A DNA stretch of 55,653 bases, filler included, from Catajapyx aquilonaris (taxonomy: Eukaryota): the NCBI GenBank assembly GCA_000934665.2. It is 2 parts of 2 records of this genome, joined end to end, with 100 filler letters (N's around TTAATTAATTAA, not from the genome) between each part and the next. Parts side by side here need not be neighbours in the genome. Positions count along the whole stretch, not along the records: positions 1 to 27,864 come from KZ539266.1; positions 27,965 to 55,653 come from JYFJ02005010.1. One strand, written 5' to 3'. Shown one piece after another: positions 24,908-37,060 of the stretch. Both the position numbers and the translations under genes were made by a program. The notes under the pieces were generated by a model that did not search any database, was not told where the DNA came from, and saw nothing but the letters and a program-made list of their open reading frames with translations. Position 1 is the first letter of the stretch. Each line of letters begins with the position of its first letter.

Positions 24908-26830
24908 CTATGGCTTAACATTGTCAAGAACCCATTGGACATAAGCTCCCACTCGAGTATATATTCCAGCATAACCTCCTTCTCCACATAAAGTAGGGCC
25001 AACTGACACTATTCCAGCAATATAGAAACAAGTTTGACGTCCACCTTCGATGAGCATTAGAGCTCCTCCGGAGTCACCACTGCAAGAATCTTGGCCTTTG
25101 ATTCCTCCTGCGCAAAGCTGCTCCCTTCCCAACTGCAGTTGGTTCCTGTATGCATTTATGCATGTCCGAAGGGGCACGATAGGAACCTTCAGTTTCTGCA
25201 GGATGTTACTGCCTGTGGCTGAGATATTATTAGAAAGAGAGAATGGCATGGATTAGTTAAGTTTTTGTAATCTAGTGAATTGTATAGATTAAGGAAGGCT
25301 CGTGTGATCGGTGATAAACCCAGAACAAGTGGTTGATTCATCATTGATTTATCACTTGTTATGCATTTACCATCGATCACGCAACTATACCAGGGGTGGG
25401 CAAACTATACGGTCCGAGAAGACAATTTGCGCGGCCCGCGCAAAAATTTCGGTATAGTATTCCTGAAAATGTTGAAAAATTAAATTTGCAAAAGTTTATA
25501 CCCTGCCTTTCTTTTTAATTATTTTAAATTCACAAAAATATTGTCTTTTATTTATATGGGCCATTTTCATTGATATATTTAGTTAATTTTATAGATTTTC
25601 AGAGAATTTAATGATAATTTATGCAATTAATGGAAGTTCATTTAAAACGATGGGTATATAATATTGTAAACTTTTTTATAAGTTGAAATTTCTTTTGTTA
25701 GATGCGGCCCGTCAATTTAAAAAAAATCTCTATGCGGCCCATGGAGAAAAAAGTTTGCCCACCCCTACGGTCTTATTAGTTGTGTAAAAGTGGGAGGCTC
25801 AAATGTTATCAATAGTTAACTGATTTGCTTTCTTCTTGCGAGATAAATCAGACAGTAGGGACACTTTTTTGGCACATACAAACTTTTTGCAAAACCCGTC
25901 ACTGTATTCGTTTAGTCGCATATACCAAGTTATGAGTCACTAGCAAGAATAATGGCTGTAATATTGTAATGTTACTAAACGACCACTTGTTGCATTTTCG
26001 TGAACGATACTGAATAATGTGATATTGGATGTCACATATCCCATCTTTATAACCTTCAGTAAACAGCACATGTAATAAAATAGAATTGAGGCGTTTTCAG
26101 TATCTTTCAGAAAAAAATTACCATTGAAGCGGAACATAAATGAATGTAAATGAAGCGGCACACTTCGTTCCGGGGGTGCCATTTCAAATTAATTAACAAA
26201 TAATTCTTTAATAAATGATGGGTTCTGCATAAATTACTAATATACCGTATTATCTTAGATTAATTTTTAAGGATACATACGAATTGAATAGTTTGTGCGG
26301 CCCCAACCAGCAACAAAGGTACTGTGTTGTAGAGGATCCAAATTCTCCAAGTTGTTGGACGACAGTTCATTGAAAGGGATGCATATGGGGTGGATATAAT
26401 CTGTAATTGAGAGGAAACCCAAATGAATTCCAGAAGTTGTTGCATTATTTGTTACGTGCATAAGACTTTTTTGTCAAATGTTACTTCTAAATACACTTAC
26501 GATACGAAAACTGTATACAAAATATAGATTTTGGAAAGTCCGTAAAGCCTATTTTTTTGCCAGTGCCTTCATTTGCTCATAATCATTCATTTATTATTAA
26601 TCATGACATTTTCCCCAATTAGGGTAGTCAGCTCAAAAGCAAATAAATGGATTTACCATACAAGACGTAAGACATTCGTATTGAAATAATCGTGAAGAAC
26701 TAAGTTATGCCAAAATTTCAGATTTTTTTAAAAAAACACGAAAGTTACTTATGCTGTGTACGTAAAACAAGAGTGAAAAATAATGTCAATTTTTGCAATA
26801 CCGACAGCATGAAATACTGTGTTTTAAAAT

Positions 26831-26893
<63 letters not shown>

Positions 26894-27864
26894 TCATACC
26901 CCGTTATCAGCCGGCGGCTCATTAGGGGGGAATTTTTGTTTTGTCTGGAACTCATTACTTTCATTTTTACGTATTGCTCTTTGGGAGAGGATAGGAAAGG
27001 AAGGGGGCGGCTGTGGCCTGTTTATTAGGAAACAACTCCGGAATTCTCCTGGAGAAACCGTGGGAAACCACAGAAAACCGCGGTTAGAGTTGCCGGCACC
27101 GGGATTCGAACCCAGGACCTTCCGATTAGCAGTCGGACGCCTTATCCACTATGCCAACCTGCTTCGGTGAGTGTTTTAAAATATTATCATCCTATCACTT
27201 CATCTCTATATCACTGCCTCATTCTTAAAATATCCCAAAAATCACTCTTCTAATGTATGTAATCCTAACATTTTTCGAAAACCCAAATGACAACATTCAC
27301 ATGATTGTAAACCGTAACCCTTTCATCAAGATATTCAGCAATTTTCCTGTCGACCCTCATTCGTCACTGGATTATAATCAGAGGATGTAGGTTATTGTAG
27401 GCTATACATTGCAATACCGTACATGTACACTTCTTCATTTATTTTTCCAAGATTCAGTGCAATTTACGTTCCATATACCTAGCTCATCGAAATGTAAAGC
27501 TATTTACTCTGTTTCAGATCCCACATAAACTTACCAGAAAGCGTTACAGGAGTTTTCAGCCTGATAAGACCAATGTCATGCTTGAATCTGGGTTTACCAT
27601 ACTGCGAGTGAGTCGATGTTAACTCAACATCAAAATCTTGAACATGAGGAGCACAATACCCATCGCCACAATCTCTCTCACTGTTGATTGTATGCTCTCC
27701 CAATCGCACTCGAGTCCTGCAAATAATACAAAGACAAGTAAACAATAATAATATTTTTGAGAGCTGAGATGATGACTCACAGAGTTATGCCCGGAACTTT
27801 GATACAATGGGCTGCAGTAAGGACATATCTCTTGTTAATCAAACTTCCTCCGCATCTCCAACTG
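24908..27864 (-). CDS. Serine protease paralogue of the CLIP cluster, 5' part lost in the assembly gap
   Basis: Exons 27864-27781 (WRCGGSLINKRYVLTAAHC), 27716-27535 (HDIGLIRL), 26400-26281 and 25218-24908 (DSCSGDSGGA). Exon sizes of 182 and 120 nt match the neighbouring paralogue. Confidence 0.9.
25391..25767. mobile_element. hAT (Charlie-like) MITE in an intron
   Basis: TIRs CAGGGGTGGGCAAAC and GTTTGCCCACCCCTA; subterminal GCGGCCC repeats; no 8-bp TSD recognised. Confidence 0.75.
26834..27168 (-). mobile_element. tRNA-derived SINE with (ATT)n tail
   Basis: Minus-strand A-box TGGCATAGTGG and B-box GGTTCGAATCC; tail seen as (AAT)n at 26834-26893. Confidence 0.8.
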
Positions 27865-27963
27865 NNNNNNNNNNNNNNNNNNNNNNNNNNNNNNNNNNNN
27901 NNNNNNNNTTAATTAATTAANNNNNNNNNNNNNNNNNNNNNNNNNNNNNNNNNNNNNNNNNNN
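27865..27963. other. Assembly gap with artificial TTAATTAATTAA stop-codon spacer
   Basis: Two N runs flank TTAATTAATTAA, which gives stops in all six frames. Confidence 0.9.
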
Positions 27964-28303
27964 NCAAAAACGTGAAAGGAGGCGGCGGCCATTTTGGATT
28001 CAAGATGGCGGCCAAACGCCAAGATTACAAAAATGGCTCCCACGCTAAATTTCATCCTTAGAATGTCAAAAATGATCTGCGATCATTAAAAAAAGGTCCC
28101 CTCCAAAAAACGCACAGGTTTCGGTTCCTCGACCGGACTATTTAGTCTGTTTATATTTTCTATAGTCTTACTTCCATGTGTTTGCGTTTTTCTCACACTT
28201 ATCATGTTTTTGAAGATAGTACAGCTCCAACGTTAAATGTGAAAAATTACATTAATTACATTACAATAATTATAATTGCGAAAATAAAATGTTGAAATAA
28301 GTG

Positions 28304-28650
28304 TCAGTTTGCCTGACTGGACCAATCCTTCCTCTCCATATGTATCACCAATACTCGTACACGCCCAGTACCAATGGACTCAAACATTCTCCCAGGAACG
28401 TGGATACTACTCAAAATGACAGCTCGGATCATGCTAAAATTACGTAGAGAAGGAAATAGTTCTTGAGAATTTGAAGGAGAAGAAACTGTCATCTTTGGGG
28501 TTCCTTCAGAAAATGACAATGATGGATGCTTATGCGTTATTAAAAGTAGCTGTGATTAGACCGACTGCTACTCCGCAGTAGAGGTTACTATGGATTGGAT
28601 TACCTGCGGAAACCACGTAAATACCTCGTGCAATGCATATAGATACGTAT
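28304..28650 (-). pseudogene. Possible divergent ionotropic receptor relic
   Basis: Broken frames give EVFTWFPQ, LYCG and ELFPSLRNFSM, resembling the TWFP..C..LFP..NF stretch before the S1 domain of divergent IRs. Confidence 0.25.
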
Positions 28651-29019
28651 ATGTGGAGAGTGTCGGGATGACATTCCCTTCAAGCTAAGCAATAACACAC
28701 ATAGAAAAATCACAAGGTCGACACATATGCTATATAGCAGACTAAGACGTACTCTGGGTTGCATTACGGAATTACCATGAATAATTTCGCCTAAACAAGC
28801 CCTACCCCTGTCACTCGCACACGAGCACGTGCATTTTAAACGGGGTTCAAACCCAGTCCCCATCAGCTTATTGGAAACGACTACTTAAATTGTTAATATC
28901 ACACGAATATTTTATTAGGTAATTTGTCTTAATTCAGACCTTATTGTACGCACCTCCTTCGGGGAGAGCACATTGTGCCAGTATATCGTATGAAAAGATA
29001 TGTTTGGGCGCCGGTATAT

Positions 29020-29650
29020 GTTGCTAACTAAAGGATTGTGGCCGTGGCCACCGTTGCGGGATGCACATCCTTGCAAAGGGAAGAGTCACAAGAAGAAGAA
29101 ACCTTGGCTCATTTGGTCCGAACATTGCTCCAGAGACGGGACATGCAGAGATGCGCCCTGGTGGTGTCCACTGATCGTCTCAGATTGTCCTCACCCGTGG
29201 AGAGAGGCTACTGGTTGACCACCAGGGAATGCACCTGCCTGTAATGTACGTCTTGATGACATCGAAGTTGTCGCCTTACATGACACCTTCCCCCGACATG
29301 ACAATAACGTATGGTCTGGCCTGCCCTGCTCGACCCACCTGCTCCTGCCCTCGACCCCGTCCATTCTAGGTCATCTGGTGGTCACCCACTTGTCCTCGGT
29401 GGTCAGGGTGTCTCCAGAGGAAGACAGATTCATCATCCATTTGCGATCGACACCAGAAGTGCTGCTCACTCAACCACCGCACCGGTCAACTCCTTAAGAC
29501 TCAAGGTGGTCTCTACCTTCAGATCAGGTCGAATCCGGATGGTCACGTCTGCCACTTTTGCGCTGCCGGAAGACAACGTATAGCCTCGGTTGGTACGACC
29601 CTCACAGTGGTGTACGGACCAGCCCATGGACACTTCTATCCCAGCGCAAT
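29020..29650 (+). pseudogene. Possible frameshifted N-terminal fragment of a divergent ionotropic receptor
   Basis: EETLAHLVRTLLQRRDMQRCALVVSTD ... VCHFCAAGRQRIASVG / GWYDP; several frameshifts and stops; resembles the ORF at 55446. Confidence 0.35.
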
Positions 29651-30400
29651 AGAAAAGGCCGATCCGTTATTCCTTCCCGCAGCGGCGCTAGTAAAACAAT
29701 GGAATCTCGCTGTGCGTGTCGTTCATTCGCCATAACAACTAGCGACCCTCCTCCCGATTACTAGGTTTATCAGCGACCCCCCTCCCGATTACTACCGATC
29801 ACGGTCTTAGCTACCGATAGCGTATACCAAGATGGCCGCAATATGGAGATGTTCACGATCCAGGTCACATCATGGCCACCTCCAGTCAGCGCCACGGCGC
29901 GGCGGGAATGAGTAACGGAACGCAAAATGGCGGCGAGTTTCCCGACCTCTCCTTCTAAGACCGTGGTACGGACAGAGTGGACCACCTCTTCGGACTAGGT
30001 CACCAACGCCAATGGAAAGGAGGTACGGATAGGCGTCTTCGAGAGTGGAAACATTGACCTTGTAAAAGCGCGACATATAAAAAAGGAACTGTGAGAACCC
30101 TGATGTGAACCTGTAATAATTATGTTTCTTACCATTATGTTAGTAATGATAATAATCTGTTTATATAAAGATACCAGGGCTTTAGGAACATTAGCCTGTG
30201 CAATGTACAGATGGGAGTTTCATTTCAAGTGGCGCATTTTAATTGATTAGCATATTGGAAGACCCGGTATCTAATCTCTCGACGATGCGATGGAGCGAAT
30301 CAAGATGCATTATCGTAATTGGGGCTGGGTCTCTACAGTGATAAATCGAAACTAGGTGCGGAGAAAGAAGGCCTTTTGTCTGCTGACACTCGCGTTCAGG

Positions 30401-31941
30401 ATGACATTTTGGAAGCGTGTGGTCAGCTGCCTCCTCAAAAGGGACGTGGGTTCGACCCCAGACGAACCCGACGATGGCGCAGGAGGAAATACCCGGGTGC
30501 TGTGGACGACACTCCGGGTGAGCAAAGTGTTCGGGTGTTTCCCAGCCAAGAACTTGTTTCTGAACCGGAAAAGGCCTCTCAGGATGCCGTGGATGTCGTG
30601 GGAGGTCGTGTGGAGCTTATCTCTACTGGTGTTCATCACTTATTTCATCTACCAGTCCCAGGAGGCGTACATCACAGTCGGTACAGGCCTGTTCGGAAAC
30701 TACTCGACGAATGCTTTCTTGGGGATTATGGCAGCTGCAGTCAGCACCGCGCACATCTGGATCAATTTTTTCAACATGATGATCTACTGCGCCCAGTTGT
30801 GCGCCCTCGTCCATGACCTGACCCTACTCGACCGCAGGCTTCGACACATTGGGGTCAGACTACCCAACGGGGTCAGGGAGGAAATGACCCGTCCGATGTG
30901 GGCGTACTCCGGTTTGCTGGCAATGCACTTTGTCAGCAACTCGGTCTTTCTGACTCTGAATTCCGGTTTATGGCAAGACAAGTCCACGGTCGTGTACCTC
31001 CTTCTCGTTTCATTCCTGGAAGGATTGTTTCATGGCTTACCAGCGTTCACCATATATTCGATGGCTCAGGTCTTGGACACCAGATTTGCGATGGTCAAAA
31101 AACACCTGCAGGACCAGTCACAGGTCAGTGCATCAGAGACTGACCTAGTCGGAAAGGAAGAGCTGGAGTCCTGCTTTGCTGTGTACATGGACCTGCGCAA
31201 GATGGTCAGGTCTCTCAGCAGGATATTCGGCGCGTACTTGGTGGTCATGTACGGGCTGTTCGTCTTCATGATTGTGGTCTTCACTTTCTGGACCATCCAG
31301 CTGTTCGGAAGCGAAAACATGAGTGGACACCTGGACTTCGCTTTCACCATGCTGTGTTCCACCGTACTCATAATCATACATATGCTCGTTTTCACCATTG
31401 GTCTGAGCGACATACCGCATCAGGTGAGGGGATGCAATCAGTTTGAATAATTATTATGGCATGCTCAGGTTCTACTTATTTTCAGGCTGAGGAATTGCGT
31501 GATTCCCTAGTCAAGATGAAACTGTTGCAGAACCAGGATCCAATCAAGACTAGGGTGAGTACTGCAGCAGAAATTTATGAACCAGTCATTACTCGTTGAA
31601 ATTATTTCAGGCGGAAGTATTGCTGGACTCGATGTACACTTCGCCTGTGGAAATCACAGCTGCTGACTTCTTCTCCATCAACAGACGACTTGTGACTAAC
31701 GTACGTCATCGGTGCACGAGCCAGGCCAAGGTTTCAACGGCATCTTTTTCATCGGAATCAAACTTGTCTCTTATTTCAGATCACTGGCGCAGTCACTACC
31801 TACCTGGTGGTCGTAATGCAGTTCCGTGTTGGTGAATCAGGACGAGACAGCGCTGGACATAGCCAGTACAACGACACGGATCACACCTCACACGTGCCTG
31901 TGACGTTGGCCTACGCAACTGCAAATCAGAACATGCTATAA
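30401..31941 (+). CDS. Gustatory receptor (7tm_7 family)
   Basis: Exons 30401-31423, 31486-31554, 31611-31700 and 31780-31941, with three phase-0 C-terminal introns. Multiple TM segments, ITAADFFSINR and the TM7 motif TTYLVVVMQF. Confidence 0.93.
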
Positions 31942-33540
31942 ATGTCTTAAAAATCATACCAATAATGCGCTGCTATAGATGATCAATATAAGAACGACAA
32001 CTATATCAGAGCAATGAATTGATTTGCCATGTTTGTACTCGATATTAATTACCGCATAGAACAGTGCGTGTAGCATTGAGTTGCCTAATATTACTGGGCG
32101 TCTCTTGTAATGTTGTTTAATGTAGGCTATTGAATTTGAGGGCAATTAAACTGGCATACTTGTAATTTTAAAATAACTCATTGTACCGACTGTCTCTCCC
32201 CAACAAGCACAAGAGAAACTCAAATAATTTAAGAGCGGCCAACAAAATCAACACGTTTCATTAATTTCATTTTTTTTGCCAGTTGGAACTACTTCTGACT
32301 TGATTTCCGCCCAATGTTTGTGACTTGAGCAGGTTCAGAATATTTAGCGTTGATGGTATAGGTGTCTGTATGAACTGGGAGATAAGCATATGAAGGTAAC
32401 AAGGTTTTGATGTTCCCCGTCGCGTCGTTATCAAACCAGATGCGACGCTTTGTCAACCATGAATTATCCACCACAATCATGCTGCAGCAGCTATACTTAC
32501 CATCTCATTGCGTTCCTTTTGTCAGGACACTTCCGGATTGTCTGGGAAGACCTCTAAGCTGTTGAGGAACGCAGGTTTTTGATTGTGAAGCAACCAAGTG
32601 TTAAGGGGATAAACCACGTCATTATTGGCTTTAATTATACAAAAATATGGGGAGTAACCCCCCAAACACCAGAACAATGCCAGCCAAAATCTTAAAAGAC
32701 TTGGTTACAATGAATCAGTAAGTAGTGGAATAATAATCACGAGGGCGGATGCTTGGCTATGATGGCAAGTTGTCCATCCTTGGGCTTCGGCAGCCAGTGC
32801 AGATCGTCCGGACACAAGTGCTGGGCATCTCTGTCATCACACAAGACAAAATTAATGACCGAATATTTTAGAAAATGGGGGGTTGGTAGGGGGGCGGTAA
32901 TTGTTGCTTTAGTTGTTGGCATTGTTGAAGGCATTGTGACGTTACTGAATTTACGTGACTGCAACAGCCGTAATTGGCGCAGCACTTTTAATATACAGTC
33001 CACATCAAAATCGCATACAAACTATTGGTTAACTTTAATGCGCTACTTTTATATATGTTAAAATTCATGAGAAATTATGCTCATAAAAGGAAATCAGTTA
33101 ATATGCCATGATTACCTTATCTACGACGCCACTCAACCGTCTTCATCGCCAGAATCACACGTGCGCTGTGCGATTGAGGTGAGTTCATCCTGGAAGTCAT
33201 CTGTCTGTGAGAGCAAGAAGAGAGATGGTATGGTATAGCAATCCAGTGTCAGGATAACCGGCCCTTTCGGACCTGGGACGGCCGCTACTCCCCCAGGAGA
33301 CAGGCACTTTTGCAGCCCCGGTTCGCCCTCCGTGGTATTCTGTTTGATCGAGCTCTTAGTCACCCTAGACCGGAGAGAGGAGGACCCGAAGGTACATCCC
33401 GTCCCCAGCCAAGGGCGTCCAGCGGTCGCCACGAGGAGGCGTCTCAACCTATAACTTTGACCTGATCAACTGGGGCAGCCCCCAGCAGTCTATAACTCCC
33501 GCAGGAGAGTCATTCAGTCATAGTTACTCCCGCCGGGAAA

Positions 33541-33590
33541 GAAGGAAGGAAGGAAGGAAGGAAGGAAGGAAGGAAGGAAGGAAGGAAGGA
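33541..33590. repeat. (GGAA)n microsatellite
   Basis: Direct reading of the sequence. Confidence 0.95.
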
Positions 33591-35294
33591 GGGGGCTAGG
33601 GGTGCTTTGGAAAGAATTGTGAACTGCGCTGCAAAGCGACAGATCGACCGACAGCCTGGTGAATGATGAAAGCCCAACTGATCCTGTTGGAGGTATCTCT
33701 CTGCTGGGAGAAGGCCTTGCATTATTAAAATTAGCCTCAACAGTGGGAACTTGGGCTGCAGGACCTATTGGGTCCATCCTTATCCTCTTCGAAGTACAGG
33801 TGTGGTCTTCTCTCTTCTGCCCCAGTCACTCTACAAGGCATCGGCCCGCCCAAACCGAAATGGGCGTCCGACTCGACGAGGCCAATAATACACCGCACAT
33901 TCCCGAAAATTAAAATTGGGACAATGTAACAAAAGGCGTCACAGATCACTCAGCTCATCACCATTCTTCATATTGTGGTAATAAAGCTGATATGAAAAAG
34001 CGATATACGCATCAGCCCAACCACTCGCCCTATTCCGACCTGTCCTATCTTTAGCCAAGTATTTTTTGGGGAAATTAACATACATTATGATATGCAATGA
34101 CTGTTGATAATTATGAACCATGGTCTAATGTTACGCCGTGCTAGTTGCTGTTTCAACATGTGGTTGTTTCAGTTTACCATATACTGTATATAAGCCTGAA
34201 AAAAATAGGTTCGAGCCAAGGATTCGCGCAGGTTACCAATAGCCAGAAACCGGATGTTTCCAAGAAGCATTGTGGATAACCATGCTCGATTTTCAGTTTC
34301 ACCATTCGAGATGAGTTGTGTAGTAGACCTTATCCATAGGATATAATTATGTTATGGGGACGATACCATGTTTGACCTTTTCGCAGGTTAAGAGTGTGGA
34401 AGGTAGTGGCAGAGAACGTCGAAAAAACCAGTACCATATCAGGCAAAATGGCTTTGCCTGTCACAAGCATTCATCGAAAATATATTCACACCTTAGAGAT
34501 AAATGGTGGGAAATCAACCTCAGCAGATGGTTACATTATCCGCTATGACACTCACCTTTGACCTGTTCGTAAGCAACCTGTGCCATATGCGGTCAACCAT
34601 TTAAATACCATTTCACTCATAAGGACGTGGCCTTATTACAACCAAAAATGTCAACCACATGCCAAGAAACCGTGCCTAATAGGCAGATACTCTGAGAGAA
34701 TAAAATGAACATGAATTGAGAATAAGACAGTCATTGCATTTACCACAGCAGTGTAAGTGAACTGCATTGTAACATTAACTTGGCTTCCTAACTATAACCC
34801 AACCTGCAGAGTTAAATGTAGCACATTTCTGTTTCAATATGACTGAATAGGAATCATTCAAAAATATATGGCCCAAGGAGAAAATATTATTACGGGAACA
34901 AAGTGTTTAAAATTAATAATTAAGATTCCTTATTCAATGTTACAGTTTATTGGTGCAAAAATGTATCTTTGAGCCATTTGAATTGCAAATTGTAAACTCC
35001 CTTGTAAAATATTCCAAATAAAATAGTTCTGCCTAAAGGGCATTAATAAAAACTCTAAGCTGCATGATCACTCTCTTTGAATGTTGCCAAAGAAAAAAAT
35101 TCACAACTCACCAATCCTCTTGCACACTGAAAGTCTTAAAAAATGTCTACATATTATATTCGCCTAATCTGGTGTCTAGCTGGGATTGTGGCCTGCCAAG
35201 AAAAATAAACTGATTTATACGGTGATGAGCTGAGTCTGTTGTTCGTGTGTCAGGTTGACTGATGTACAGCATGCGACATACTCACATGACCTGT

Positions 35295-35370
35295 GCGTAT
35301 GGCCTTAGCTGCGTATGACCTGAGCTGAGTATGACCTTAGTTGTGTATTACCTTAGTTGCTTATAACTTA
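35295..35370. repeat. 16-bp minisatellite, ~4.5 degenerate copies
   Basis: GCGTATGACCTTAGCT-like units start at 35295, 35311, 35327, 35343 and 35359. Confidence 0.75.
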
Positions 35371-35680
35371 AAATACGGTACCCAACGGCCTACACATGAC
35401 CTACACACAGTACGGCCCAGGAGATACGCGCATTGCTGTCATCCGTCACCTTTTGTCAATTTTCAAAAATACACTGAAGGCGATCCTGATGAGACGATGG
35501 CGCCTCAGGGTGACACTCCATTAAGGGAAGTGGCATCTACTTCTTGCGGTGCTTCCTTCCTCCACCAGGCGGCATGGCAGGACGATCAGAGGCACACCCC
35601 AACGGTTTGAAGGCCAGAGCCACATCTGATCCAGAGGGATGAGGGGGAAATGGGGAGAAAGGGGAATATGGTGATTGCAA

Positions 35681-37060
35681 CTTATAATTGCTTGTTCATG
35701 GGATCATGAAGATCATTGGACTTTTTACCTGTTCATGATGTGATCATGAACAGTCAGCTTAAATATTCTTTGTGATCATGAAATTCAGCCACCTTATAAT
35801 TACTTGTTCATGGGATCATGAAGATCATTGGACTTTTTTACCTGTTCATGTGATCATGAACAGTCAGCTTAAATATTCTGTGATCATGAAATTCAGCCAC
35901 CTTATAATTACTTGTTCATGTGATCATGAAGATCATTGGACTTTTTTTTCCTGTTGATGTGATCATGAACAGTCAGCTTAAATATTCTTTGTGATCATGA
36001 AATTCAGCCACCTTATAATTACTTGTTCATGGGATCATGAAGATCATTGGACTTTTTTACCTGTTCATGTGATCATGAACAGTCAGCTTAAATATTCTTT
36101 GTGATCATGAAATTCAGCCACCTTATAATTACTTGTTCATGGGATCATGAAGATCATTGGACTTTTTTACCTGTTCATGTGATCATGAACAGTCAGCTTA
36201 AATATTCTTTGTGATCATGAAATTCAGCCACCTTATAATTACTTGTTCATGGGATCATGAAGCTCATTGGACTTTTTTACCTGTTCATGTGATCATGAAC
36301 AGTCACCTTAAATATTCTTTGTGATCATGAAATTCAGCCACCTTATAATTACTTGTTCATGGGATCATGAAGATCATTGGACTTTTTTACCTGTTCATGT
36401 GATCATGAACAGTCAGCTTAAATATTCTTTGTGATCATGAAATTCAGCCACCTTATAATTACTTGTTCATGGGATCATGAAGATCATTGGACTTTTTTAC
36501 CTGTTCATGTGATCATGAACAGTCAGCTTAAATATTCTTTGTGATCATGAAATTCAGCCACCTTATAATTACTTGTTCATGGGATCATGAGGATCATTGG
36601 ACTTTTTTACCTGTTGATGTGATCATGAACAGTCAGCTTAAATATTCTTTGTGATCATGAAATTCAGCCACCTTATAATTACTTGTTCATGGGATCATGA
36701 AGATCATTGGACTTTTTCACCTGTTAATGTGATCATGAAATTCAGCCACCTTATAATTACTTGTTCATGTGATCATGAAGATCATTGGACTTTTTACCTG
36801 TTCATGATGTGATCATGAACAGTCAGCTTAAATATTCTTTGTGATCATGAAATTCAGCCACCTTATAATTACTTGTTCATGGGATCATGAAGATCATTGG
36901 ACTTTTTTACCTGTTCATGTGATCATGAACAGTCAGCTTAAATATTCTTTGTGATCATGAAATTCAGCCACCTTATAATTACTTGTTCATGGGATCATGA
37001 GGATCATTATTTTAATTAATGATTATTAACCTATTCATGTGATCATGAATATATCAGCCA
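35681..37060. repeat. 110-bp tandem satellite, ~12 copies
   Basis: CCTTATAATT recurs at 36011, 36121, 36231 and onward; each unit carries three GATCATGAA cores spaced 38, 32 and 40 bp. Confidence 0.97.

Noticed and set aside
26793..27170. ORF with poly-Ile
   Set aside because: Translation of the SINE (AAT)n tail and antisense SINE body.
29780..30095. Short GC-rich segment, possibly a transposase fragment
   Set aside because: No TIRs or convincing motif could be established by eye.
32289..33949. Possible spliced minus-strand gene between the GRs
   Set aside because: Some splice-like signals exist, but I could not build a consistent open frame or recognise a domain.
35486..35530. Hammerhead ribozyme core (CTGATGAG)
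   Set aside because: No GAAA after a stem II, and no consistent stems I and III.
35681..37060. CRISPR-like array of palindromic repeats
   Set aside because: The intervening sequences repeat identically every 110 bp rather than being unique spacers; eukaryotic context and no cas genes.
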